64,000 nt of DNA from Bacteroidales bacterium (GTDB lineage: Bacteria; Bacteroidota; Bacteroidia; Bacteroidales; UBA7960): NCBI GenBank assembly GCA_007118495.1, contig SKRM01000003.1, positions 12,334-76,333 of the forward strand, read 5' to 3'. Shown here in pieces: positions 18,110 through 27,744 of this stretch. The notes under the pieces were generated by a model. That model searched no databases. It worked only from the letters and a program-made list of their open reading frames with translations, and was not told the DNA's origin. How positions within the stretch are numbered: position 1 is the stretch's first letter; every line of letters begins with the position of its first letter. The position numbers were made by a program, and so were the translations under genes.

Positions 18110-19525
18110 GTGATAAAAATAGACCATAAAGTGCTGAAAGTGGTAGCTGATGAAGCGGCCAGACTGGGAATGCCTGTGTATATTATCGGGGGCTGGGTCA
18201 GGGATATTATGCTCGGACGCAAGTCAAAGGATATTGACATTGTGGCGGTGGGAAGCGGTATAGAATTGGCCACCCGGGTGGCTGAGAGCCTTAACCGTGT
18301 AAATGAACTGAAGATTTTCAAGAACTTCGGGACTGCCATGCTGAAATACAGAAACTGGGAGCTTGAATTTGTGGGAGCCCGAAAAGAATCATACCGCTCT
18401 GACTCAAGAAAACCCATTGTTGAAGACGGTAGCCTTGATGATGATATGAAGCGGAGAGACTTTACCATCAATGCGCTTGCCATTAGCCTGAATAAAGATG
18501 ACTTTGGTCAGGTGATCGATCCGTTTGGCGGACTTGCTGATCTTGAAAGAAAACTTATCCGCACCCCACTTGATCCGGATATTACCTATTCAGATGACCC
18601 TTTGCGGATGATGCGTGCTGTGAGGTTTTCAAGTCAACTTAATTTTGAGATAGATACTGTGTCATTTGAAGCCATCAGGCGCAATGCGGGTCGGCTTGCG
18701 ATTGTATCCATTGAGCGGATCATGGATGAGTTCAATAAAATTATGCTGTCGCCCATTCCAGGTGAGGGTATCAGAAAATTACGGGCCTCGGGTTTGCTCA
18801 AAGAGTTTTTCCCTGAGCTTGACGCCATGCATGGGGTTGAAGTAGTCAATGGCAAAGCCCATAAAGATAATTTTTACCATACCCTGATGGTTCTTGATAA
18901 CCTTGCTAAGCATACTGACGACCTATGGCTGCGATGGGCGGCGCTAATGCACGATATTGCCAAACCTGCCACCAGACGTTTTGATGAAGAGAACGGCTGG
19001 ACTTTTCATGGGCATGAATTTTTAGGTGCTAAAATGACGGCCAAAATCTTTAAGCGTCTCAAACTGCCTCTGAATGAAAAGCTGAAATATGTTCAACAGC
19101 TGGTTTTACTCCACCTCAGGCCCATTGCACTAACTGAAAGCATTGTTACAGATTCGGCTGTCAGAAGACTTTTATTTGAAGCAGGTGATGTGATTGATGA
19201 CCTGATGCTGCTTTGTGAGGCCGATATAACTTCAGGCAATCCTGAAAAGGTTAAAAAATACCTTAAAAATTTTGAGAATGTCCGGAAAAAGTTGAAGGAA
19301 ATTGAAGAAAAAGACAGGTTAAGGAACTGGCAACCACCTGTTACTGGCGAAGACATCATGCGGGCTTTTGCGTTATCTCCCTGTCGCGAAGTAGGGCTGA
19401 TCAAAACAGCCATTCGCGAAGCCATTCTTGAAGGCGAAATAAAGAACAACAGAGAAGAAGCTTTGGCACTAATGGGGAGGGAAGGAGAAAAATTGGGCTT
19501 GCAGTTTCGCGAAAAAATAAATTAA
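18110..19525 (+). CDS. CCA tRNA nucleotidyltransferase / poly(A) polymerase-family protein with HD domain
   Basis: GGWVRDIMLGRKSKDIDI, RRDFTINALA, DPLRMMRAVRF, and an HD region LMHDIAKP. Start placed at the in-frame GTG at 18110 right after the tsaC stop. The ORF-track start 17993 overlaps tsaC. An ATG further downstream, at the MPVYIIGG Met, is also possible. Confidence 0.8.
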   Translation: MIKIDHKVLKVVADEAARLGMPVYIIGGWVRDIMLGRKSKDIDIVAVGSGIELATRVAESLNRVNELKIFKNFGTAMLKYRNWELEFVGARKESYRSDSRKPIVEDGSLDDDMKRRDFTINALAISLNKDDFGQVIDPFGGLADLERKLIRTPLDPDITYSDDPLRMMRAVRFSSQLNFEIDTVSFEAIRRNAGRLAIVSIERIMDEFNKIMLSPIPGEGIRKLRASGLLKEFFPELDAMHGVEVVNGKAHKDNFYHTLMVLDNLAKHTDDLWLRWAALMHDIAKPATRRFDEENGWTFHGHEFLGAKMTAKIFKRLKLPLNEKLKYVQQLVLLHLRPIALTESIVTDSAVRRLLFEAGDVIDDLMLLCEADITSGNPEKVKKYLKNFENVRKKLKEIEEKDRLRNWQPPVTGEDIMRAFALSPCREVGLIKTAIREAILEGEIKNNREEALALMGREGEKLGLQFREKIN

Positions 19526-19579
19526 TCAGTACTTTTGAAACCTGAACTGCACCTTGCGGAAGGCCATAAATTTCTATGT

Positions 19580-20194
19580 ATGATTATTTATAAATTCAGG
19601 GTAACATTTGAAAATCAGGATGAATTTCTGAGAGAGATTGAATTGCGTGCAGACCAAACCTTTGAAGATTTTCATCAGGCTATTCTGGGAAATCTCGGAC
19701 TTGACCCGGGCATGCTGGCATCATTTTATATTTGCGATTACAGATATCGAAAACTCAGAGAAATTCATCTGATTGACAGTGAATCAGCCCCCATCGTTTT
19801 AGATGATGACCTTGAACAGGAAACTCTGGGCAAGAAACCACTGCTCATGCATGAGTGTGCGTTAAAAGATTTTATAGATGATCCCCACCAACGGTTGATG
19901 TTTGTTTATGACAACCTGAATAATTGGACATTTTTCATTGAAATGATCAAAATTCTACCAGCCGGTAATGCCACTGTATATCCCAGATTCACCAAGTCGG
20001 TCGGACCGGTTCCCCGTGAACTGACAGCAACTCCCAAACAGATTCCCGGGGTTGAGAACAATATGGATTTTCCATTTGAACCAGAAGAGGAACTTCCAGG
20101 TGATCTTTCAGACTATGACCAGATAGAAGGTGAAGAAGATTTCACTGAAGAAGATCCTGAAGAGCCAAGAGATGAGTTCACTGACGACCAATAA
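19580..20194 (+). CDS. PRiA4b-ORF3-like (MM3350-like) domain protein with acidic tail
   Basis: YKFRVTFENQDEFLREIELRADQTFEDFHQAI resembles the PRiA4_ORF3 family as I recall it. The C-terminal 60 aa are strongly acidic. Start set at ATG 19580; the ORF track uses TTG 19535. Confidence 0.5.
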   Translation: MIIYKFRVTFENQDEFLREIELRADQTFEDFHQAILGNLGLDPGMLASFYICDYRYRKLREIHLIDSESAPIVLDDDLEQETLGKKPLLMHECALKDFIDDPHQRLMFVYDNLNNWTFFIEMIKILPAGNATVYPRFTKSVGPVPRELTATPKQIPGVENNMDFPFEPEEELPGDLSDYDQIEGEEDFTEEDPEEPRDEFTDDQ

Positions 20195-21086
20195 GACGCT
20201 CCTGGTTGTTACAGGTCCTACAGCTGTCGGAAAGACAGAAATTACCACCCTTATGGCCAGGAGACTGCAAACCCACATCATATCTGCTGATGCCAGACAG
20301 TTTTACCGTGAGATGAAAATTGGCACGGCTTTTCCTGATGATAAAACCCTGGCAACAGTCCCCCACCATTTTATAGGGCAGCTGTCAATGCATGAATACT
20401 ACAATGCGGCCGTGTTTGAAAAGGAGGCACTTAGCTTGCTTGAGGCCCTCTTTTTGCAGCACGATATGGTGATTCTGACCGGAGGATCGGGCTTGTATAT
20501 TGACACCCTCTGCCATGGTATCGATACGATGCCCGATCATGATGAAGAAGCCAGAAAAAAAACACAGGCCTTGTATCATGATCAGGGTATTGCCGGCTTG
20601 CGCTCATTGCTCAGACAGTTTGATCCTGAATATTATGAAAGAGCTGATAAGGCCAACCACAAGCGACTCATGCGCGCACTTGAGGTATGTTTTGCAACCG
20701 GTCAGCCTTATTCGTCATACAGGCAGGCAGTGATAAAAGAAAGGCCATTCCGAATCAGGTATATTGTTTTAAACAGGCCACGTCATGAGCTTTTTGACAG
20801 GATCAATACAAGGGTTGATGAGATGTTGTCAGACGGACTCATTGAAGAGGCCATAGGCCTGTTCAGATTCAGGCATCTCAATGCACTGAATACGGTTGGG
20901 TATAAAGAAATATTTGCCTGGTTGGCCAATCGCCTGACACTGCAAACTGCTGTAGAAAAGATCAAGACCAATACAAGACGCTATGCCAAACGACAGCTAA
21001 CCTGGTTTGCCAGGTACAAAGACGCGGCATGGTTCAACCCGGATGAATTTGAAAACATTATGGATTGGGTTGACAATGATAGCTGA
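20172..21086 (+). CDS. miaA: tRNA dimethylallyltransferase
   Basis: P-loop GPTAVGKTE, ISADARQFYREMKIGTA, TRRYAKRQLTWF. Start at ATG 20172, which overlaps the upstream gene by 23 nt. Confidence 0.92.
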   Translation: MSSLTTNKTLLVVTGPTAVGKTEITTLMARRLQTHIISADARQFYREMKIGTAFPDDKTLATVPHHFIGQLSMHEYYNAAVFEKEALSLLEALFLQHDMVILTGGSGLYIDTLCHGIDTMPDHDEEARKKTQALYHDQGIAGLRSLLRQFDPEYYERADKANHKRLMRALEVCFATGQPYSSYRQAVIKERPFRIRYIVLNRPRHELFDRINTRVDEMLSDGLIEEAIGLFRFRHLNALNTVGYKEIFAWLANRLTLQTAVEKIKTNTRRYAKRQLTWFARYKDAAWFNPDEFENIMDWVDNDS

Positions 21087-21906
21087 TAAGCCCCTGCATG
21101 GGAGATAGCATAAAGTTACTGATTTTCAGACCCGATTTAGCCGCTACATCCTCCAGTATTTCCCTGAAATGGTAAGCCACCGAACCCACCAGACCTATCT
21201 CTGCCTGGTTGTAATTTGTAATTTTCATGAGTTGATTACTGAAAAATTCATCAAAACACGAAACAACCAGATTGTGGATTTCATGTTGGTGTAAATGTGT
21301 TGCGATAAAGGGGGCAAATGATGCCAGAAAACGGTTGGGGTTTTTATGGTTGTAAAGATGGGTGAGAATTTCTTCATCTGAAAGACCAATCTCTTTTTGA
21401 AAAGAAACCATGACGGGTTGGGGCAGTTGTCCTCTCAGTAACCGGTAGAGAAAAGATTTGCCAAGATGGGCTCCACTGCCCTCATCACCGAATAAATAGC
21501 CAAGAGATGGTATATATTCTTCAATTTTTTCGCCATCAAAGGTGCAGACACTCGCTCCGGTTCCCAGTATGCAGACAATGCCTTTTTTATAGCCGAACAA
21601 GGCCCGGCCAGCTGCCAGAAGATCTGATGATACTTCAACCTGCCTTCCGGGCAAAACTTCTTGTATTATTTCTCTTATCAGGGCAGCTTTTGTGGGCTTA
21701 AGGCATCCTGCACCATAAAAATGCACACGGCTGACCAGATCTGGTTCAATATGGTTGCAGCAGGCATCATGAAGCATCCTGACCCCTTCAGTTGCCTTGA
21801 GGTAGTAGGGGTTCATGCCCGCTGTTTTGAATGAGACCACTGTTTCATTGTTGCGTAACAAAACCCAGTCGGTCTTGGTACTGCCACTGTCGGCCAGTAA
21901 TATCAT
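21058..21906 (-). CDS. BadF/BadG/BcrA/BcrD-type ATPase, N-acetylglucosamine-kinase-like
   Basis: 282 aa. LLADSGSTKTDW, ILGTGAS, GDEGSGAHLG (ASKHA-fold phosphate motifs). Its 3' end overlaps the convergent miaA by 29 nt. Confidence 0.7.
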   Translation of the reverse strand: MILLADSGSTKTDWVLLRNNETVVSFKTAGMNPYYLKATEGVRMLHDACCNHIEPDLVSRVHFYGAGCLKPTKAALIREIIQEVLPGRQVEVSSDLLAAGRALFGYKKGIVCILGTGASVCTFDGEKIEEYIPSLGYLFGDEGSGAHLGKSFLYRLLRGQLPQPVMVSFQKEIGLSDEEILTHLYNHKNPNRFLASFAPFIATHLHQHEIHNLVVSCFDEFFSNQLMKITNYNQAEIGLVGSVAYHFREILEDVAAKSGLKISNFMLSPMQGLISYHCQPNP

Positions 21907-21910
21907 CAGT

Positions 21911-22708
21911 TTATTTATTTAAGAATTCCTTTGCCAGCAGTTCTTTTAATTGCAGGGGTTTGATATTGCGTCTGATCTCACCGGCCTTGCTCCATGAAAT
22001 TTTTCCTGTTTGTTCGCTGACAATAAGGGCAATGGCATCTGTTTGTTCAGTGACACCTATGGCTGCTCTGTGTCTGAGACCAAGTGCGGCAGGTATTCTG
22101 GTGATTTCAGAAACCGGAAGAACACAACGGGCTGCCTTGATACGGTTTGAGACAATAATTACGGCTCCATCATGAAGCGGACTGTTTTTATAGAAAATGG
22201 AACCCAGCAGCTGTTCTGAAATCAAGGCATCCATCTGTTGTCCGGTTTCCATAAAGGCTTCAAGCCGGTCATTCTTTGTTATAACCACAAGGGCACCGGT
22301 TTTACTTTCAGAAAATTGCTCCAGGACATTAACTATGGCGGGTATGTTCAGTGCGGGCTCCTCTTCCATTTGCCAAATACCCTTCATAAAGGCAAGAGAG
22401 CCTTTGTGAATAAGACTTCTTTTTCCCAATAGCAATAGAAATTTTCTGATTTCAGGTTGAAAAACAATGATCAATGCCAGTACCCCGACAGAAATGAACT
22501 GGCCCAGAATGGCTGCCAGTAACTCCATCTCAAAAATACGAACAAGCCACCACAAAAGGTATATAGAGATTATGCCAAGAAAAATATTCATGGCGCCAGT
22601 ACCGCGTATAAGGGCGTATAGCTGGTAAATCAGGATGGCCACAAACAGTACATCAAGCACATCCAGTAGTCTGATTTGTAAAAAGCCCGGGATAAAAAAT
22701 GCTGACAT
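21911..22708 (-). CDS. cdaA: Diadenylate cyclase CdaA (membrane-anchored DAC domain)
   Basis: 265 aa. Three N-terminal TM helices, then DAC motifs HDGAVII, LGLRHRAAIG, SEQTGKIS. Confidence 0.92.
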   Translation of the reverse strand: MSAFFIPGFLQIRLLDVLDVLFVAILIYQLYALIRGTGAMNIFLGIISIYLLWWLVRIFEMELLAAILGQFISVGVLALIIVFQPEIRKFLLLLGKRSLIHKGSLAFMKGIWQMEEEPALNIPAIVNVLEQFSESKTGALVVITKNDRLEAFMETGQQMDALISEQLLGSIFYKNSPLHDGAVIIVSNRIKAARCVLPVSEITRIPAALGLRHRAAIGVTEQTDAIALIVSEQTGKISWSKAGEIRRNIKPLQLKELLAKEFLNK

Positions 22709-22739
22709 GGTTATATGTTCAGAGAATTGAATAAAGATA

Positions 22740-22747
22740 CAAATTTA
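22740..22747 (-). promoter_or_regulatory. Candidate -7 box (TAAATTTG on the minus strand) for cdaA, overlapping the folP stop
   Basis: The plus strand reads CAAATTTA, 32 nt upstream of the cdaA ATG at 22708. Confidence 0.3.
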
Positions 22748-23605
22748 CTTTTGGCCCTGGTATACCTGTGATATTTTTACTGCATCAACAGCCGCCTTGA
22801 CATCATGCACACGTAGTATATGGGCACCCTTATCCAGGGCAATTGTATTGAGCACAGTACTGCCATGAAGTGCATCTTCAGGCTTGCATGCCAGTACCTT
22901 ATTTATCATTGATTTTCTCGAGAATCCAACCAGTACCGGAAGGTCAAACATGGTAAAATAGTCAAGATTCGAAAGCAACTGATAATTTTGCTCCAGGGTT
23001 TTTCCGAAGCCAAAACCCGGGTCGATGATCAGGTCATGCACACCAGCATCTCTGAGTTGCCTGATCTTTTCTGCAAAAAAACCAGCAATATCTTTTATCA
23101 GATGACCATATACAGGATTTTCCTGCATATTGGCAGGGGTTCCTTTCATGTGCATAATTACATAAGGAACCTGTAGCTCGGCAACGGTTTTAAACATCGA
23201 CGGGTCGATGCTGCCTGCCGATATGTCATTGATCATATGAGCTCCATGCTCGATGGCTGCGCGGGCTGTGGACGCATGGTAGGTATCAACTGAAATGATT
23301 GCTTCGGGAAATGTCCTGACAATACCCTTTAATGCTGGTAAAAGGCGCTCCTGTTCCTCATTTGTAGCAATGATGCCGGCTCCGGGTCTGGATGATGCAC
23401 CACCTATATCAAGCACAGCTGCTCCTTCTGACAGGCATTGTTCAGCCCGCCTGATGGCATCCATCGGTTTTAGCGAACGGCTGGGCTCATAAAATGAATC
23501 AGGTGTAATATTCAGTATCCCCATGACAAGGGGTGAAGATAAATTGATAATTTTGCCCCGGAAGTTGAGGGTCTTTTTTGGGCAAAAAAACGTATCTTTC
23601 GCCAT
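22745..23605 (-). CDS. folP: Dihydropteroate synthase
   Basis: 286 aa. GILNITPDSFYE, DIGGASSRPG, DPGFGFGKT, ILRVHDV. Confidence 0.93.
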   Translation of the reverse strand: MAKDTFFCPKKTLNFRGKIINLSSPLVMGILNITPDSFYEPSRSLKPMDAIRRAEQCLSEGAAVLDIGGASSRPGAGIIATNEEQERLLPALKGIVRTFPEAIISVDTYHASTARAAIEHGAHMINDISAGSIDPSMFKTVAELQVPYVIMHMKGTPANMQENPVYGHLIKDIAGFFAEKIRQLRDAGVHDLIIDPGFGFGKTLEQNYQLLSNLDYFTMFDLPVLVGFSRKSMINKVLACKPEDALHGSTVLNTIALDKGAHILRVHDVKAAVDAVKISQVYQGQK

Positions 23606-23649
23606 GGGATTCTATTAATGTGACTATTCCCTAAAACAATTATCCGACA

Positions 23650-24219
23650 ATGGGCACCTTATCTAAAACAGACAAACAATATAACCAGATCGCTGAGTTA
23701 TGCAGGGACATATTTTTGAAAAAAATGCAAGATTATGGCAGTGCCTGGAGAATTCTTCGTCCGGCTTCACTTACCGACCAAATCTATATCAAGGCCCAGC
23801 GTATTCGCTCATTGCAAGACAAAGGTAAACAAAAAATACACGAAGGGATTACACCTGAATTTATCGGCATCGTAAACTATTCAATCATGGGGCTTATACA
23901 GCTTGAACTTGGTCCCAGTGATGTGATTGACATGGATGCCAATACGGCCAGGAGTGAATATGAGGCCTATTTTGAAAAGGCAAAGCAACTGATGGATGAC
24001 AAAAACCATGATTATGGCGAGGCATGGCGCGATATGCGGGTATCATCCCTGACCGATATTATCCTGATGAAACTATTAAGGATCAAACAAATTGAGGACA
24101 ATCAGGGCAAAACATATGTCTCTGAAGGCATTGATGCCAATTATTATGATATTGTGAATTATGCCGTATTTGCCCTGATTAAACTTGAACTTGAAACTTC
24201 TGAACCCCAAAAAAAGTAG
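23650..24219 (+). CDS. DUF1599 domain protein (two repeats)
   Basis: 189 aa. The repeated pattern DYGSAWRILRPASLTDQIYIKAQRIRSL / DYGEAWRDMRVSSLTDIILMKLLRIKQI is characteristic of the family. It sits in the usual position divergent from folP. Confidence 0.8.
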   Translation: MGTLSKTDKQYNQIAELCRDIFLKKMQDYGSAWRILRPASLTDQIYIKAQRIRSLQDKGKQKIHEGITPEFIGIVNYSIMGLIQLELGPSDVIDMDANTARSEYEAYFEKAKQLMDDKNHDYGEAWRDMRVSSLTDIILMKLLRIKQIEDNQGKTYVSEGIDANYYDIVNYAVFALIKLELETSEPQKK

Positions 24220-24225
24220 GCAAAA

Positions 24226-25305
24226 GTGCTGCAGTTTCTTTTAAAACGTTTATGGTACGGGTTATTGGTTCTTTTTGGTGTGGTTACACTGGTGTTTCTA
24301 TTGTTTAAAATTCTACCCGGTGACCCTGCACGCATGATGCTTGGGCAACGGGCAGATATTTCATCTGTTGAAGCCATTCAGCGTGAACTCGGACTTGACA
24401 GACCTTTACATAAACAATACCTTCATTACCTGAATGATCTTTCGCCCCTCAGCATTCATAAGCATGCTGCCGAACAGAGCCTTGTTTATTTCTCTGAAGA
24501 CACCTATAAAGCCAGGCCGATCGTAAAAGCAGGTGAATATGTCATGGTAATCAAACAGCCCTATCTGCGACGTTCATACCAAAGTGACCGTGACGTAACT
24601 GAAATATTGTGGTCAGCCTTTCCGAATACGCTTCTTCTGGCTTCGGTATCCATTCTTTTCGCCATGCTGGCCGGTGTTGCGCTGGGGATTATGGTTTCTC
24701 TTTTCAGAAGCCAGTCACTGGCAAGGACCACTCTTGTATTATCGGTACTGGGGATGTCTTTACCCTCATTTTTTGCTGCCATCATCATTGCCTGGGTTTT
24801 CGCCTACCTGCTGGGAGATATCACCGGGCTTCAAATGACAGGGTCATTGTGGGAGGTTGATGATTTTGGCAGGGGAGAGTATATTGCCTTGAAAAACATG
24901 ATACTGCCAGCTTTTACCCTTGGAATCAGGCCACTGGCCATTGTTACCGAACTTACGAGAAGCTCACTGAGCAATGTGATGGCGCAGGATTACATCAGAA
25001 CGGCAAGGGCTAAAGGCTTGTCTGAGCTCAGGGTAATTACACAGCATGCCCTCAGAAATGCCTTAAACCCTGTTATAACAGCAGTATCAGGTTGGTTTGC
25101 CTCATTGATGGCGGGGGCTGTTTTTGTAGAATATGTCTTTGACTGGAAAGGGGTTGGCGTTGTTATTGTTGATGCCCTGGAATACTATGATTTTCCGGTG
25201 TTAATGGGTGCCGTACTGGTTATTTCAGTTATGCTGGTACTGTTAAATATTTTTGTTGATGTAATATATGCATGGCTCGACCCCAGGGTCAGGTTGTACG
25301 CATAG
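24226..25305 (+). CDS. ABC transporter permease (DppB/OppB-like), orphan
   Basis: 359 aa. LLKRL..LPGDPAR N-terminus, EAA-type loop YIRTARAKGLSELRVITQHALRNAL, six predicted TM helices. No ATPase or binding-protein gene nearby. GTG start. Confidence 0.85.
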   Translation: MLQFLLKRLWYGLLVLFGVVTLVFLLFKILPGDPARMMLGQRADISSVEAIQRELGLDRPLHKQYLHYLNDLSPLSIHKHAAEQSLVYFSEDTYKARPIVKAGEYVMVIKQPYLRRSYQSDRDVTEILWSAFPNTLLLASVSILFAMLAGVALGIMVSLFRSQSLARTTLVLSVLGMSLPSFFAAIIIAWVFAYLLGDITGLQMTGSLWEVDDFGRGEYIALKNMILPAFTLGIRPLAIVTELTRSSLSNVMAQDYIRTARAKGLSELRVITQHALRNALNPVITAVSGWFASLMAGAVFVEYVFDWKGVGVVIVDALEYYDFPVLMGAVLVISVMLVLLNIFVDVIYAWLDPRVRLYA

Positions 25306-25403
25306 TATGTGGAACGCAAAATCGCATGAGGTACTGAATGAAAACATGTTGTCAGTAAATTGTTAAGTATATTTACGTATTTCTATATATATAAGTCGAT
25401 ATT

Positions 25404-26195
25404 ATGAGAAAGAAAATTGTTGCAGGAAACTGGAAAATGAACCTTTCACTTGATGAGGCCCTGGCCTTGTCAAATGAATTAAAAGTGATAATAAACCACC
25501 ATAACAAACAGGCACACAGTAGAGATGTCTCAAGACTACCTGAAGTGGTATTGTTTCCGCCATATGTTTACCTGACAAAGGTTCACGACGTTTTTGTGCA
25601 TGATGGTTCAATATCGGTAGGGGCGCAGAATTGCCACCACGCAGATAAAGGAGCCTTTACGGGAGAGGTGGCTGCGTCAATGATCCGCTCAACGGGTGCA
25701 ACACATGTTCTTATAGGGCATTCAGAACGGCGAACTTATTTTAACGAAGATGATGCATTGCTCTCGCAGAAGCTCAAGGGGGCTTTAGGTCAGGGATTAG
25801 TTCCGATTTACTGTTGTGGCGAAAGCCTGGAGGACAGAGAGTCAAATACATTTAAACAGATTGTAACCGATCAACTGGTCAAGGGATTGTTCTGGTTAGA
25901 CAAAGATACCATAAAATCTGTTGTTATCGCCTATGAGCCTGTCTGGGCCATTGGTACGGGGCTTACTGCCACAGCTGAACAGGCACAGGAAATGCATCAG
26001 CACATCCGGCAGTTGCTGTCTGAAAAATATGGTCACGATACAGCTGAACAGATACGCATTTTGTATGGTGGAAGCTGTAATGCAAAAAACGCAGCCGAAT
26101 TGTTCGCCGGCAAAGATGTGGATGGTGGCCTTATCGGTGGTGCCTCTTTAAAGGCGCATGATTTCTTCGGAATCATTTCGAGTGCATGCAGTTAA
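25404..26195 (+). CDS. tpiA: Triose-phosphate isomerase
   Basis: 263 aa. AGNWKMN, IGHSERR, AYEPVWAIGTG, YGGS. Confidence 0.95.
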   Translation: MRKKIVAGNWKMNLSLDEALALSNELKVIINHHNKQAHSRDVSRLPEVVLFPPYVYLTKVHDVFVHDGSISVGAQNCHHADKGAFTGEVAASMIRSTGATHVLIGHSERRTYFNEDDALLSQKLKGALGQGLVPIYCCGESLEDRESNTFKQIVTDQLVKGLFWLDKDTIKSVVIAYEPVWAIGTGLTATAEQAQEMHQHIRQLLSEKYGHDTAEQIRILYGGSCNAKNAAELFAGKDVDGGLIGGASLKAHDFFGIISSACS

Positions 26196-26225
26196 TCAGC
26201 ACTTTGACAATTAATTTAAAACATT

Positions 26226-27083
26226 ATGGAATACATTGAATTAAGTTGCAAGCTATCACCGACCGAACCCTGGACTGATATATTTATTGCTGAGCTCGCA
26301 GAGGCAGGGTTTGAAAGCTTCACAGAAGATGAGCAAGGCTTTAAAGCCTATATTCCTTCTTGCCACTATCCTGCCGAAATGGTCAAGAGTATATTTGAGA
26401 GCAAGCGTCCGTTGTCGCCTGAGAAACTATCGTGGCAGGTAGTTAGAATAGGAGGTAAAAACTGGAATGCTGTATGGGAGAGCAATTTTCAACCTGTGGT
26501 CATTGATGATCGTTGCCATATCAGGGCACCATTTCATGAAGCAAAAGACAGCATCGAATATGAGATTATCATCGAACCAAAAATGTCATTTGGTACGGGG
26601 CACCATGAGACCACCTCATTGGTTGTTAAATGGCTGCTTGAAACAGATTTGAAAGGGAAATCAGTTTTAGACATGGGATGCGGTACCGGCATCCTCGCAA
26701 TTCTGGCTGCTAAAATGGGTGCTGATCGCGTGACAGCCATTGATAATTATATTTATGCATGGGAAAATACACTTGAGAATGCTGAAAGAAACCATGTTAG
26801 CATGAAGGTTTTACATGGAGATGCGTCACTGCTCGGAAAAGAGAGCTTTGATGTTGTCATTGCCAATATAACCCGAAATGTTTTGCTTGAGGATATGCCA
26901 GCATACAACAAGGTATTGAACAAGGGGGGGGTGATCTTTCTTAGTGGTTTTCTTTCATTCGATAAAGATGCTATCTTTGCCGCCGGAAACAGTCTGGGAC
27001 TGCAGTATGCAGGAGAAAAAACATTGAAAGACTGGGTTTCTCTCAAACTCGTAAAACCCTTAACCAGTAATCATGGAGTTTAG
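26226..27083 (+). CDS. prmA: Ribosomal protein L11 methyltransferase
   Basis: 285 aa. PrmA N-terminal domain, FGTGHHETT, VLDMGCGTGILAI, VIANI. Confidence 0.88.
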   Translation: MEYIELSCKLSPTEPWTDIFIAELAEAGFESFTEDEQGFKAYIPSCHYPAEMVKSIFESKRPLSPEKLSWQVVRIGGKNWNAVWESNFQPVVIDDRCHIRAPFHEAKDSIEYEIIIEPKMSFGTGHHETTSLVVKWLLETDLKGKSVLDMGCGTGILAILAAKMGADRVTAIDNYIYAWENTLENAERNHVSMKVLHGDASLLGKESFDVVIANITRNVLLEDMPAYNKVLNKGGVIFLSGFLSFDKDAIFAAGNSLGLQYAGEKTLKDWVSLKLVKPLTSNHGV

Positions 27084-27702
27084 CTGGATATTAGTTTTGT
27101 TGTTGGTTATGGCCTATTTGCTAGGCTCAATCCCTACTGCGGTATGGATGGGAAAATGGCTCAAGGACATTGATGTGCGTGAACATGGAAGTGGTAATGC
27201 CGGTGCAACAAACGCCATGCGTGTGCTTGGCCCGCGAATTGGACTTGTCGTACTGCTACTTGATGCCATCAAGGGAATTCTTGCGGTTGCCCTTTCGTTT
27301 CTGACCCTTGACCACTTTGCTTCACCTTTGGTGTTTGTTGTGTTTCAACTCGCACTTGGTGCCATGGCCATTACCGGACACGTGTTTCCGGTTTTTGCCT
27401 CATTCAAAGGGGGAAAGGGTATTGCCACGCTTTTAGGTATCATCCTTATGTTGTTTCCTGAAGCTTTTTTAATATGCCTGCTTGTTTTTCTGGCGATATT
27501 TTTAACAACCCGTTTTGTGTCTCTGGGATCAATATCGGCCTCAATTGCCCTTCCTGTTGCGGTCATATGGATAACCGACGACACCATGCTTCCAAAAATT
27601 CTTTTTGCGCTTGCTGTAGCTGTTTTTGTTCCTGTCATACACAGAAAAAACATCTCCAGATTAATCAAAGGGAAAGAAAACCGCATATCTTTTAAACGCT
27701 AA
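27073..27702 (+). CDS. plsY: Glycerol-3-phosphate acyltransferase PlsY
   Basis: 209 aa polytopic protein. GSGNAGATN, FKGGKG. Confidence 0.93.
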   Translation: MEFSWILVLLLVMAYLLGSIPTAVWMGKWLKDIDVREHGSGNAGATNAMRVLGPRIGLVVLLLDAIKGILAVALSFLTLDHFASPLVFVVFQLALGAMAITGHVFPVFASFKGGKGIATLLGIILMLFPEAFLICLLVFLAIFLTTRFVSLGSISASIALPVAVIWITDDTMLPKILFALAVAVFVPVIHRKNISRLIKGKENRISFKR

Positions 27703-27736
27703 GAGCAAGGGTGAGGTTTCTTTAGCCATGCTATCA

Positions 27737-27744
27737 TAATTTTG
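27737..27744 (+). promoter_or_regulatory. Candidate -7 box (TAATTTTG) for the nfeD-floA unit
   Basis: Exact TAnnTTTG 170 nt upstream of nfeD ATG 27914. Confidence 0.3.

Noticed and set aside
19535-20194. Treating the PRiA4-ORF3-like gene as a marker of a plasmid or IS-derived mobile element.
   Set aside because: No transposase, integrase, inverted repeats or direct-repeat flanks are visible, and the gene is embedded between housekeeping tRNA-modification genes.
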